Position numbers and translations under genes: made by a program. The notes beneath the pieces are model-generated. The model made no database searches. It had not been told where the DNA came from and was given only the letters and a program-made list of their open reading frames with translations. DNA of 64,000 nucleotides from Eledone cirrhosa (Eukaryota), in the NCBI GenBank assembly GCA_964016885.1, contig OZ024742.1, positions 339,016,001 through 339,080,000 of the forward strand, read 5' to 3'. Of the stretch, positions 42,001-57,029 are shown one piece after another; position 1 is the stretch's first letter; the number at the start of each line of letters is the position of its first letter.

Positions 42001-43226
42001 CCAAAACGCTCACCAAAATGGAGCGCGCGCTCTTCCAATTCCTTTGGAAGAAATGGGCTCCTTTGGTGAGAAGATCCATATGCTGCCAACACCCTTCAAA
42101 CGGAGGGCTGGAGATGCCGTGGGTGACGATGCGCAAACACGCGCTCAGGCTGTGGCACCTCCACGTATTCCTCACCAGACAACCGGTGTGGGCCTCGTTC
42201 GTGAGGCGAGCCTTCCCACGACGTCTCGCTGACCGAGCTGCAGTCCTGGGTCAAGCAAAGACCGAGGAAAATGGGCTACTGGCACATAGAATGTGCTCAG
42301 GCGCTCACAGTCCTCTGGCAAACGGACCCGGCGATTAGTGGAGACTCCACTTCGACATTCTATAGAGGGTTGGTCCGCAGAAAGTATGACGACACGATCG
42401 GAGAAACTCTAGGCGTAGAGGAGGACGAACTGTCCAGTCTGTTCGGCAGGACTTTCCGCTCGGGACCAATGGACAACTTCCAAAAGTCCCTGGCCTGGCA
42501 GTGCTACCGAGGAGCTCTACCAGTTCGAGACAAGCTCTACAGACACGGGCGCCCGGGTAGGGACCCTTCGAAAAAGATCTGTCCGAGATGCGTGCGCGAC
42601 GAGGAAACTGTCGCGCACGCATTTGTACACTGCCCGGGCGTTACCGACTTGTGGGGCTATGTAGAACGACTATTGTCGCGAGTGGGACCAATCCAGTTGA
42701 CCACCGAGTCCATTGTCATGATCAAACCGCCACCCTCCTTCAAAAACGAGGGAGAGGCGGTTTTCCTGTGTTATGGCTATGGTGAAAGAGGTTATATGGA
42801 TGACGAGGTTAAAAGGGCTGAGGTCAGACACCTTTCTCTCCGGCGAGCAACTGATTCGATTTTTCAAATATCATTTTGGAAGAAGAATCAGGATGGAGAG
42901 AGAGGTGTTGTACTCCAGCAAATTTTATAAAAGGTGGGTGAATGTGGCAAAGATGGCCCGAGTGGTTGGGCTTTCTCTCTATATAAGCCTGTAGGTTGAG
43001 GAAAAAGAGGAAGAGAGGAAGGGAGTACTCACTCATGGTGCTCCTGGAGATGAGAGTTGTACATTTTTTCGGGCTGTGTACAAACCCCGTGTAACGCCTC
43101 CCCCATATTGGGGATTTCAATTGTTATTTGTTATTGTATTAATAGTTTTATTTTCATATACCTGTATGTAAACTCCCCATTTGTATTTGTCCCCTTCTTT
43201 TGTGCCCTTGTGGCTAATAAAGAAAT
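39035..43226 (+). mobile_element. Tx1-clade (L1 superfamily) non-LTR retrotransposon, copy 1, 5'-truncated within ORF1
   Basis: ORF1 C-terminal remnant homologous to 44800-45199; ORF2 with APE, RT and CCHC motifs; AATAAA near the end; (TCTG)n on both sides. Confidence 0.9.
39572..42994 (+). pseudogene. Disrupted ORF2 (APE endonuclease-RT-zinc knuckle), copy 1
   Basis: CVNVRGL, GDWN, SDH, GYWKLN, KSPGLDG, FRPITLL, QGCPLS, YADD, CPRC..ETVAH..HC; stops at ~40016, 41323 and 41860 where copy 2 has TGG/CAG/TGG; frameshifts. Confidence 0.92.
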
Positions 43227-43440
43227 TTATCTTTCTATCTGTCTGTCTGTCTGTCTGTCTGTCTTTGATAGTAGACGTCTTACACATCTGTTCTTCGATT
43301 TGGAATCTTTACTTGGATTATTTGTGAGTGTATTATTTAAATTGTTTTTCTATTGTTGACTCTAACCCCTAGTCTGGGACTGTAGACGTAGGGTAAATAT
43401 ATTTTCACCCCTTTTGGGGTGAAAAAATATTTAATTCAAA

Positions 43441-45199
43441 ATGTTCATCGATATCGTTGAAAACGAGGAAGCCATATTGGAAGCTAACGCCACGCCTACC
43501 AAAAAAAGTGAGAAAGAGGGAACAAAAATTCAAACTGTTGAACAGCCCCTCCTCTCGAATGAAAAAAAGAATATTAATTCGAGTGAAAACCTAAATTTTG
43601 AAGGAAAAAATAACAAGAAAATAAACACCACAAAAGATGAAACCAACAACATTGCAACAACAAGCAACAATGAACGAAGCGAAAGCAACAAAGACAACAA
43701 AGTTTCTTTTGCCCAAACGGTCAGGAAAGCTATCGAGTACAAGCCCATAAACATCACAAACGCTAAGCAGAACTTGCTAAATGCCAGAAAATACATATCT
43801 TTTGGGGAGGATGGTTCTTTTACGATCAACTCCCCAGAAGAAGTTCGTCAACAGGTTTATAAGAATACCATAACCTTCAGGACGATATCCAACACAACAA
43901 GAAAGCCAGCTCAATTGACAGAAAGTCAAATTGAGCTGGTTCTGAAAGACATAAAAGAAGACATACTCTTTATTGAAAGAGGAAAGCTGTATGCCAACAT
44001 TATGGTCCGAATGAAGGACGAAATACTGGCTCAAAAATGCTCGGTGGCACCTATAGTGTCACCACAATACACCTTCTTCCCCACGTATAAAGGAAGAAGA
44101 ACTCAGAGACTAAGAATGTGGAGCTCAACGCCAGAAGTAAACATCTGGTCCGTCCTGACAGGATTTACGGACCTAGAAAAGGACATCCTAATATCAGCAG
44201 GGGAGTCCACCAGTGGACTGTTCGGAGGGAAAAGTCTGGAGGTTCTCTTACAGATGACACCTGAGAGAATCGCCGGAATACCCGACCGAGTCCTACTGGA
44301 TGGGCGAACTTTCATTAATATTACGGTGGAAGGCAGGAGACCCTCATGTTACCACTGCACTGGCAGAGGTCACCTGAGGACGGCCTGCCCTCTACTAACA
44401 ACAAAAAAACCACTGCTACAAACACCATAACAACAACAAAAACAACCAGTGCCACCACCACAAAAACAACAAAATACACTGCCATCACCACCACAACGAC
44501 AACAAAAACCAACAACACACACTCCACAACACACAACAACAACATCAACAACAGCTCAAGAAAACAACCCAAAACACGGTCCCACCCAACCCCTCCCCAC
44601 AGAACACAAATACATAAACACACGCAGTTCATACACAACCTGGAAATATACCCTTCCCTCCAATACGGAAGAGGAGCTCATATCGTCGGAAGACGAGGGG
44701 GCTCCCTTCCAAAAAGTGAAAAGGAAAAAACGTACACACACCACACAAACAAAAATAACCCCACTTGACAACACAACACAGACAACAAAACGCAAGCTCA
44801 CTCAAGAACAACAAGTAAAAACTCTACACATACATAAACAAAAACAATAAAAACTTAACAGAAAAAATAGACAACAACCCTTCGGTACAAACCGAAGGGC
44901 CGAATTTTGCAATGGCAATGGGACTCCCTAACCTGAAAATGGTGAAAGTCCCACTTGACATTTTCAAAACATTGAAAAACATTTACCCTGAGGACTTGGG
45001 GCCACCCTGCACCAGGCCACTCAGCCGCGTCCTCCTGAAAGGTTTTCCCCTCCCCTCCTCAAACACCCACACAATTCAACACCCCAACCCTCCACACACT
45101 AATACCCCCACACCACTACAAACCACCACCCCACCCAACAACCCCTCCACCAGCCCCATGGAAACTGAGCAGCCCGAACCCCGGGACGCAGAGAGGTAA
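43441..45199 (+). pseudogene. ORF1 (gag-like, CCHC knuckle), frameshifted into three pieces
   Basis: GRRPSCYHCTGRGHLRTAC (CX2CX4HX4C), Thr/Gln-rich linker and FQKVKRKK basic patch in ORFs 43441-44430, 44449-44850 and 44912-45199. Confidence 0.8.
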
Positions 45200-45222
45200 G
45201 TGCCTCTTTCTTTGCCACCAAC

Positions 45223-48200
45223 ATGGCTGTGTTAAGAGTAGGTTGTCTAAATGCGCGTGGCCTGGGCTCACCTTGGAAGCAAGCTAAACTTCTAAATGAC
45301 CTCAGGTCACAATGTATAAATGTGATGGTTATTTGCGAGGCCCGGATCAGCAGCATGCGACAGCTAGCCCCCACCTTTGATGACTTTGAGATGCACGCAT
45401 CTCTCTGTCAGCCCGGAGGTGGGGTGGGGTTGTCGTTCTGCTGCAAAAACATCTGGGTCTCGCTACACAGACGGTACACTTTGACCCGGAGGGTCGACTC
45501 GTGGTTCTGGACCTTGGCAATGGTGAAGGCGAAGCTTTTAGGCTTGTCGCCGTATACGCCCCTTTTGGGGCAATGCGGTCGGACTTCTTCCATCGTCTGG
45601 AGACTTTTCTAGGGACGTCCCGCTCCTTGCTTTTAGTGGGGACTGGAATGGTATCCTAGATGCACGTTGGGACTATGTAGGGGGTTATCCCGATAGAGGG
45701 GGGTGTAACAGCCTTAAGGGGTTAATCGGCCGATTTGACCTGGCCGATAGATACCGACTAGATTTTCCGACTGTGCCAACCTGGACCTGGTCAAATAACA
45801 GTGGTCAATCTAGATCGTACCTAGATAGGTTCTTAGTTAGAATTAAGGATAGGGACTTTTTAAGTTGTCCAGAAATGCTCATGGTGGGCTATTCAGACCA
45901 CAAGTTAGTGACCTGCGTAGTCCACCTTCATAGAACGCATAGGCAGGGGCCCGGTTACTGGAAGCTCAACTTGTCCTTACCGGCAAGTAGAGCTTACAGG
46001 GACCGGATTAGAACCTTAGTTAAGGAGTGGTTGACGGGTGCCATCGTCAACAGCAGGTGGTGGGGCTCTCTAAAAAGAGAGATTAGAGTAGTTTCAATAG
46101 GAGTTAGTAAGGAGTTAGCCTCAGATAGAAATAGGAAGGAAAGGGAGTTGGTAGTTAATGTTGAAGAGGCAATGAGAAGCGGCAACGTGGCCAGAGTGCA
46201 AGCGTCGAGAACGGTCTTGAACCAGTTCTTCGACGCGAAACACGAAGGCTGCATTGTCCGAAGCAAAATACGTGCTCTGGGAAACGAGGGGACCAAAGCT
46301 GTTAGCTGGGCCCGCGTGACAGAAGCGAAAAGTGGGATTAAATCCACTATCCGGTCTTTGCGAGACCAGGATGGACGGTTGATCCTTGAACCTAAGCAAA
46401 TGTGCGAGGCCTTTCAAAGGCACTTTGCCCGATTGTTCGGGAGGGGCGGGGCCGGTTGGGGATGTGGATTTCGGTCCATACCTCGACGGCCTGCCGCGTC
46501 TTTCGGACAAGGAGGCGAGGTCCTGCGACGGGCCGATCTCAGCTGCTGAAATAGGGGACGTGCTGAGCCTATGCGGCAAACGCAAATCTCCAGGGCTCGA
46601 TGGTCTGCCCTACGAACTATATATTAATATGCCGGACTTGTTCCCCGATCTCCTCGAAGCGGTCTACTGCAACTGGCAACAGAACGGGAGAATTCCCTGT
46701 TCTGTGACCAAGGGCGTAGTCTCGCTAGTGAGGAAGAACGAGAACAAGGGGGATGACATTAGTAATTTTAGGCCCATAACTCTGCTAAATGCAGAGTTAA
46801 AGATTTTGGCCAAGGTGTTAGCGAAGAGGTTGGCGCTTGTCGTGGGGGGCCTGGTGGGAGATGCGCAGACATGCGCTATCCCATCCAGGTCCATCCACGA
46901 CAACCTCCACCTCATGCGATACATCATAGAGAGGGTTGGGAACGAACCCGGCTTTGGTGGGGCCCTGATAAATTTAGATCAGTCTAAAGCGTTCGATAGG
47001 GTGGACCATGATTACCTGGATGCGGTGCTAGCGGCGGCTGGGTTCGGACCCGTTTTCAGGGGCTGGATCACTGCCATGCACAGCAGCCGCATCTGCTCTA
47101 GAGTCAAGGTGAACGGCTACCTTTCGGAGCCATTCGAAATCACCCGCTCCATCCGACAGGGATGCCCTCTCTCCTCCCTTCTGTATGTATTGGCTCTCGA
47201 GCCACTACTGCGGAAGTTGGAGTTGTTGCAGGGCATACTTTGGAACCGGGATTGCGCAAAGCGGTGTCGGCCTACGCCGATGACGTAACAGTAATGGTGT
47301 CGACCACCTCGGAAATCGAGGCAATCGGCACCTTACTGGAGGAGTACGAAAGGTTGACAGGGGCTAAGCTGAACCGGGACAAGTCAATCGCTTTGCAACT
47401 CGGTGAGTGGAAGGGCAAAGCGATGTCGTGCGACGGTATCGTCGGACGGTGGACGGAGGGCCCGGTGAAGTTGCTTGGGGTCTGGTTCGGACCGGACCTC
47501 CAGGTGGAGAAAAACTGGGGTGAGGTGACGAATAGGGTGTTTGCACTGACCCAGAAGTGGGCCGAGTGCAAACTATCCCTGAAAGGTCGGGCGGAGGTGG
47601 CGAACGCTTACATAGCGTCCGTCATCTATTACCGCTTGACTGTCGTGCCTTGCCCGGGTGAGATCCTCACCAAAATGGAACGCGCCCTCTTTTATTTCCT
47701 TTGGAAAAAGAGGTCTCCTCTGGTGAGGAGATCCATCTGCTGTCAACACCCTTTGAAAGGAGGGCTGGGGATGCCGTGGCTAAAAATGCGTAAACACGCA
47801 TTGAGGCTAAGGCACCTCCAGGTATTCCTCACCGGTCAACCGGTGTGGGCCCCATTTGTGAGGCGAGCCTTCCCGAGGCTCGTCTCGCTCACTGAGCTGC
47901 AGTCCTGGGTGAAGCAAAGACCAAGAAAACTGGGCGACTGGCACACCGAGTGTGCCCAGGCGCTCACGGCTCTCTGGCAGGCGGACCCGGCTATCGATGG
48001 AGACTCCACCTCGTCATTCTATAGAGGGCTGGTGGTTAGCGGGTGCGACGACGCCCTCGGAGAAACCCTAGGCATGGAGGAGGACGAACTGGCCAGTCTA
48101 TTCGGTAGGACTTTCGGCCCGGGACCTATGGACAACTTCCAGAAGTCCTTGGCCTGGCAGTGCTACCGAGGGGCTCTGCCCGTTCGGGATAAGCTCTACA

Positions 48201-48655
48201 GACACGGGCGCCCGGGTAGGGACCCCTCGAAAAAGATCTGTCCCAGATGCGTGCGCGACGAGGAAACCGTCGCGCACGCATTGGTGCACTGCCCGGGCGT
48301 TGCCGATCTGTGGGGCTATGTCGAACAACTGCTGTCACGGGTGGGACCAATTAGGTTGACCAACGAGTCCATTGTAACGATTAAGCCGCCTCCCCCCTTC
48401 AAAAATGAAGGAGAGGCGGTCTTCCTCTGTGTAATAGCCATGGTAAAAGAGGCTATATGGTGGACGCGTCTGAAAGGGCTGAGGTCGGACACCTTTCTCT
48501 CTGGCCAACAACTGGTCCTTTTCTTCCGATACCATTTCGGAAGAAGGATCAGGATGGAGAGAGAGGTGCTCCACTCCAGCCAGTTTTATGAAAGGTGGGT
48601 GAAAGTTGCGAGAATGGCCCGTGTGAATGGGCCTTCTCTCTACCTCAGCCTGTAG
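45223..48655 (+). pseudogene. Disrupted ORF2 (APE-RT-CCHC), copy 2
   Basis: CLNARGL, SDH, FRPITLL, LDQSKAFDRVDH, QGCPLS, YADD, CPRC..HC spread over ORFs 45223, 45773, 46386 and 47162 joined by frameshifts. Confidence 0.92.
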
Positions 48656-49114
48656 GTGGAACAGAAAGAAGGGAGCACCCTCTCTTTGTGCTCCCGTGGA
48701 GAAGGGTCGCACACTTTTTTTCGGGGGTGTGTGTGACCCCAAAACGATCCCTCCCTATTGAGGACCTTCTTGCTATCATTTTGTTTGTTATATTTTTCTT
48801 ACTCGATTTTTATGTAAACTCCCCCCCCCCCATGTACATGTCCCTTTCTTTTGTGCCCTAGTGGCAAATAAACAGAAATTTGTCTGTCCACCTGTCTGTC
48901 TGTCAGTATGTCTGTCTGTCAGTATGTCTGTCTGTCAGTCTGTCTGTTCAACTGTCTGTCTGTCTGTCTGTCTGTCTGTCCACCTGTCTGTCTCTCAGTC
49001 TGTCTGTCTGTCTGTCCACCTGTCTTTCCAACATCCCTCTTTCCCCCTCTTCCTTTTCTCTTTTTCCCTATCTCTCTCTTTCTCTCTTTTCTGTCTGTGA
49101 AATACTCACACACT

Positions 49115-49335
49115 ATAATGGTTTCTGATTTAGGCCCAAGGCCCACAATTTTGGTGGAACAATCGATTAAACCGACTCCAGTACGTTCCTGGTTCTTTAT
49201 TTTATCGACCCCGTATTGATGAAAGGCAAAGCTAACTTCGGCAATATTTGAACTCAGAACGTAAGGGGGCGTAACTACATGCCGAAAAACATGTTGGTTG
49301 ACGCTCTACCGATTACTGGCAATCCATCGCCCATC
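49115..49335 (-). mobile_element. SINE family 1
   Basis: TTTATTTTATCGACCCC..GATGAAAGGCAAAG..TTTGAACTCAGAACGTAA. Confidence 0.8.
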
Positions 49336-49701
49336 AATCACATATAATACAAAAGGCAATCTACATGTAATTCGAAGGGCCTCACACGACACACAGACTG
49401 TCACGTTAAATTACCCTCAGAACTATGTTAAATGTACACGTATCTGTACATTTAATTTCACCAACAAGCTGGAACATTGATCCCACAACGTTCATCGTCG
49501 TAACCGATGGCAGTCCAGATGTGTATGTGTTCGTATCTATATGGATTAAGTAATGTAAGACTAGGCAAGTCTAAAGAGGTCGGCTTAGAAATATCGCTGT
49601 TCCACATTAACTGTAAAGAACCAGTACGTAAATAGCAAAACTTGATAAAACAATATAACAGGAACATAGTCGCGTTGCTAATACAATAAACACTCAAATA
49701 T

Positions 49702-52002
<2,301 letters not shown>

Positions 52003-52043
52003 CGTAAAATAAGAAAATTATAAAATTTACTTACTAAAATATC

Positions 52044-52125
52044 ACTTCCAACTAATTAGTTTCTGGAATGGAATAAATATATTTTCCGAAGAAGATACAG
52101 AGAAGCATTCCGTCGTCAGGGAAGT
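52044..52125 (-). ncRNA. Type I hammerhead ribozyme (family D)
   Basis: Reverse complement of 52771-52852. Confidence 0.8.
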
Positions 52126-52585
52126 CTATTCTCATCTAAGTATCCAGGCAGAGCGTGGACACTGGAAACTTATTAAAAAATAATTCAGTGGATAGAAAAT
52201 AGCAAAGCGTGGAATGAATTCCTAGCCATTGAGAAAATCACTGCCTCTGCGTCGGTGGCAAATTCAAAAAGAATCAATCACGTGACATCGAGGTCAATCA
52301 GTGGAAAGTGGTTTGCTAATAAGACAGCGGCCTGCCTGCTACCATAGCAGCAGTCATGGCCAATATTGCTCGACAAATAATTTGGAGATAATTATAAAGA
52401 ATTAATATCTAGTAACATATATGTACATACAGATGCATATCAATGCTAGCAAATATATAGGTTTTGTCTTAGTAACTTTGTGGTTAAATGCATGGGGTTG
52501 CAGAACAATAATATGAGAGACGTAAAATAAGAAAATTATAAAATTATAAAATTATAAATTTTAGTAAGTTATTACTAAAATTTCA

Positions 52586-52665
52586 CTCCCAACTAATTAG
52601 TTTCTGAAATGGAATATATATACTTTCCGAAGAAAATATAGAGAATCATTTCGTCGTCAGGGAAG
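52586..52665 (-). ncRNA. Type I hammerhead ribozyme (family D, diverged copy)
   Basis: Core intact; stem II GAAATG/CATTTC versus GGAATG/CATTCC in the other copies; G-U pair in stem I. Confidence 0.8.
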
Positions 52666-52770
52666 ACTATTCTCAGCTAAGTATCCAGGCAAAGCGTGGA
52701 CACTGGAAACTTATTAAAAAATAATTCAGTGGATAAAAATAGCATTGCCTGGATACTTAGATGAGAATAG

Positions 52771-52852
52771 ACTTCCCTGACGACGGAATGCTTCTCTGTA
52801 TCTTCTTCGGAAAATATATTTATTCCATTCCAGAAACTAATTAGTTGGAAGT
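52771..52852 (+). ncRNA. Type I hammerhead ribozyme (family D)
   Basis: ACTTCC-CTGACGA-C GGAATG..CATTCC A-GAAA-CTAATTAG-TT-GGAAGT. Confidence 0.82.
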
Positions 52853-53023
52853 GATATTTTAGTAAGTAAGTTAATTTTATAATTTTCTTATTTTACGTCT
52901 CTCATATTATTGTTCTGCAACCCCATGCATTGAACCACAAAGTTACTAAGACAAAACCTATATATTTGCTAGCATTGATATGCATCTGTATGTATATATA
53001 TGTTACTAGATATTAATTCTTTT

Positions 53024-53109
<86 letters not shown>

Positions 53110-53292
53110 AAGTAATTCCGTCGGAAAAGTCCAGGAAAAAAGAGTGCTCTATGTAGGTAACAGAGCTTAATAGTTATGTAATAAACAACATAAGGCAATT
53201 ATTCCATTTACCAGTGGTTTCTTAAAAGCAAAACATTTTGCTTTACATCAACTGCCGTTGAAAATTGCAAACTTGACTGTCACCACTCATTA

Positions 53293-53331
53293 TGAACCTG
53301 AAGATTGCGAAAGCATGAAAGTACTTGTTCA
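53293..53331 (+). ncRNA. Minimal type I hammerhead ribozyme (family B)
   Basis: TGAAC-CTGAAGA-T TGC gaaa GCA T-GAAA-GTAC-TT-GTTCA, within dispersed repeat 53258-53448. Confidence 0.8.
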
Positions 53332-53490
53332 ATTAACACTTAACAGTTAATATTTTACCATACTATTTTATTATAATACCATTATAAATTTTAAAGGATT
53401 GTAAATATAACGAATAAATCAGACAAAGTTGGAATTCCTCTTATTAATATATACATATATATATACATATATATACATATATATATATAC

Positions 53491-53619
<129 letters not shown>

Positions 53620-53883
53620 TATATATATATATATATATGTAAGTATGCATGGACACGTACATACATATATGTATACAGACGTACAGTAGCATGCACATAT
53701 ATATATATATATACATATATATATACATATGCATACAGGTACACATACATATATGCACGTATCAGTTTAGCGGCGCTTATTATAACCTCGCTTTGTTCGT
53801 TTGTAAACAAACTGAACAGCCTGAATTTATACCATACGGTGTTAAGGCAATCACGTCACCTTTTTGTTCAACACTGACACAGG

Positions 53884-53928
53884 AACGATGTACTAGTTTC
53901 AAGCTTGTTAGCTATCATCAGCACCGTT
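53884..53928 (-). ncRNA. Minimal type I hammerhead ribozyme (family E)
   Basis: Reverse complement AACGGTG-CTGATGA-T AGCT aaca AGCT T-GAAA-CTAG-TA-CATCGTT. Confidence 0.82.
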
Positions 53929-54355
53929 TACCCATCTGCCAGATAGTTGAACGTTCGAAAGTATATACTTTCCTTATGAAAATTATCGGCTGAGCAGCCT
54001 AATTTGCATATTGAGTGAGTTAAATCGGTCAGGCATACCGAAAACGATAAATTGAAACAAAATGAAAACGAAATTTCATTTCTCACTCTTAGTATGGCAC
54101 TTACTTAAATGTAAGTATGCATGTACACGTACATACATATATGTATACAGACGTACAGTAGCATGCACATATATATATATATATACATATATATATACAT
54201 ATGCATACAGGTACACATACATATATGCACGTATCAGTTTAGCGGCGCTTATTATAACGTCGCTTTGTTCGTTTGTAAACAAACTGAACAGCCTGAATTT
54301 ATACCATACGGTGTTAAGGCAACCACGTCACCTTTTTGTTCAACACTGACACAGG

Positions 54356-54400
54356 AACGATGTACTAGTTTCAAGCTTGTTAGCTATCATCAGCACCGTT
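54356..54400 (-). ncRNA. Minimal type I hammerhead ribozyme (family E, second copy)
   Basis: Identical to 53884-53928. Confidence 0.82.
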
Positions 54401-54655
54401 TACCCATCTGCCAGATAGTTGAACGTTCGAAAGTATATACTTTCCTTATGAAAATTAACGGCTGAGCAGCCTAATTTGCATATTGAGTGAGTTAAATCGG
54501 TCAGGCATACCGAAAACGATAAATTGAAACAAAATGAAAACGAAATTTCATTTCTCACTCTTAGTATGGCACTTACTTAAATGTAAGTATGCATGTACAC
54601 GTACATACATATATGTATACAGACGTACAGTAGCATGCACATATATATATTAGGC

Positions 54656-55199
54656 AAGTTCACTCGAAAGTCGCGGGTGTGCATTCACACAGTTGAGCGG
54701 TGGGTCTTGCCTAATGTGGTATTTCTATGTTTAATATCAGCTTTGACCCGGGTGTCCTACGCTGTGTGTGTGTGCGTGTGTGTCTGTGTATACATTTATA
54801 TGTGTATGGGTGTAGGTGGTTGTATATGTCCGTATTTAAAAAAATATATATATATGTATACCGTCTCTGCATATGCATGTGGTGTGTATATGTGCATATA
54901 CGTGCTGAACATAGTGGTGTGTACAATCTTGTGATGTCCCAATGCGGTGACTTCATGGCTCTTGAAGCTACTTTTTATATATCTTTTGTCTTTTTATATA
55001 TCTTTTGTATGCGCTCCAACTGTGTCTGCTTGCTTTGGCTAACCCGCCTGCACCTCGCTTGCTACTGCACGTGAATTCTCCTACCTTCCTTCGATGCACC
55101 TCTGTTTGACCATTGGACTCCTGCCCGGGTGTGAACCGGTTTGTGATTACCCCACCGCTCAACTGTGTGAATGCACACCCGCGACTTTCGAGTGAACTT
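54656..55199. repeat. Perfect 50-bp inverted repeat pair with ~445-bp spacer
   Basis: AAGTTCACTCGAAAGTCGCGGGTGTGCATTCACACAGTTGAGCGGTGGGT at ~54656-54705 and its reverse complement at ~55149-55199. Confidence 0.9.
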
Positions 55200-55238
55200 T
55201 TGAGACTGCCCAACCTGGGACGCCTCCATTGCCTTGCA

Positions 55239-55400
55239 ATGGTCAAGTGATACTGGTGACTGTGACACTTAGTGCCTTCGTGGGCCCCTGATATTTTCAA
55301 GAAATATATTTAAAAAAAATGGTCAAGTGATACAGATAACTGTGACACTTAGTGCCTTCGTGGGCCCCTGATATATTCATGAGATATATTCTAAAAAAAT
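55239..55400. repeat. 80-bp tandem duplication
   Basis: ATGGTCAAGTGATAC..GTGACACTTAGTGCCTTCGTGGGCCCCTGATAT occurs twice. Confidence 0.9.
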
Positions 55401-55490
55401 ATATATCTTATCTCAATTTACTTTATTTCATTTTATTTCATTTCATTTCATTTTATTTATTTACTTATTTAATTTCATTTATTTATTTAC

Positions 55491-55522
<32 letters not shown>

Positions 55523-56135
55523 ATTTAATTTTAATTTTAATTTTATTTATTTATTGAATTTTATTTATTTATTTATTTAATTTAATTACATTTAATTATA
55601 TCTTATATTATATTATTTTACTTTAGTCTATTTTATTTTATTTTAGTTTACCTTATTTTATCTTATTTTATGATTATATTATATTATGTTCTATTTTATA
55701 TAATTTTAATTTTAATTTTATATTATTTTATTTCATTCCTTACCCTGTATCACTATTATCTGTATATTTTATATTTATATGTAAGTTTGTTATGTATTTT
55801 TTTATATTTTCTTATATATATTATAAGTCTGTTTTTCACCTATTTTTCACCTACTCTTACCTAATCCTATCTATCTTATCTACTCTTGTCTGTTCTCTTA
55901 TCCATGTGTATGCTTGTATGTAACTATATGTTGACAGCACCCCGCCCAACTGTGACTGATAGCACCCCTTATTTTTCATTGTTTATTTTATTATTTTTAT
56001 TTTTATTTTTATTTTTATTTTTATTTTTATTCTTATTTTTACTTTTACTTCCTTAATATCCTTTATCTTCTATTATTTTTCATTCTTCAATGTCTTGGAT
56101 TTGTTATTGCTTGTATGGTATGTAATTAACCTTTA

Positions 56136-56181
56136 TGCTCTGATGAGTCCCACTTATAGTGCGGATGAAACAATGTTAGCA
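56136..56181 (+). ncRNA. Type I hammerhead ribozyme (family F)
   Basis: TGCT-CTGATGA-GTCC CACT tat AGTG c GGAT-GAAA-CAATG-TT-AGCA. Confidence 0.8.
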
Positions 56182-56220
56182 AGTAAAGATATGCATATGC
56201 TATAGGCGTTCTTTGTTATT

Positions 56221-56394
<174 letters not shown>

Positions 56395-56399
56395 GTGTG

Positions 56400-56505
<106 letters not shown>

Positions 56506-56621
56506 TATGTGTATATATATATATGTGTATATATATATATATGTGTATATATATATATGTGTATATATATATATATATGTATATATATATAATATATATA
56601 TGTGTATATATATATAATATA

Positions 56622-56703
<82 letters not shown>

Positions 56704-56741
56704 ATATTAATAAATGGAAACTATATTTATAAAACCATATT

Positions 56742-56806
56742 TATTTCATTATACATATTTCAGGGATACCAAATTAAAATATGGTATGCCTTCATCAGAC
56801 AAAATA
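56742..56806 (-). ncRNA. Type I hammerhead ribozyme (family G, mirror copy)
   Basis: Reverse complement of 56965-57029. Confidence 0.72.
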
Positions 56807-56964
56807 CAATATATAAACAGTTTTATAAATAATTTTGACGTACCCTATTAAATGCAACCATTATTTTTGGAAGTTGTCTGGATAGCTGTTTGGACAGCTT
56901 CCAAAAATAATGGTTGCATTTAATAGGGTACGTCAAAATTATTTATAAAACTGTTTATATATTG

Positions 56965-57029
56965 TATTTTGTCTGATGAAGGCATACCATATTTTAATTT
57001 GGTATCCCTGAAATATGTATAATGAAATA
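56965..57029 (+). ncRNA. Type I hammerhead ribozyme (family G)
   Basis: TATTTTGT-CTGATGA-AGGcATACCA..TGGTATcCCT-GAAA-TATGTA-TA-ATGAAATA; stem I has two G-U pairs. Confidence 0.72.

Larger units (their letters stand above)
43264..48879 (+). mobile_element. Tx1-clade non-LTR retrotransposon, copy 2, apparently full length (~5.6 kb)
   Basis: 5' UTR, ORF1, ORF2, 3' UTR with AATAAA; (TCTG)n at 43228-43263 and 48881-49025. Confidence 0.92.
53637..54650 (-). mobile_element. 472-bp tandem repeat (~2.15 units), one hammerhead per unit; retrozyme-like
   Basis: Units start at 53637, 54109 and 54581 (ORF starts 53649/54121/54593 confirm the period); only a few substitutions between units. Confidence 0.8.

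Noticed and set aside
40341-48742. Minus-strand ORFs overlapping the Tx1 elements
   Set aside because: Antisense shadows of ORF2 coding sequence; no independent motifs
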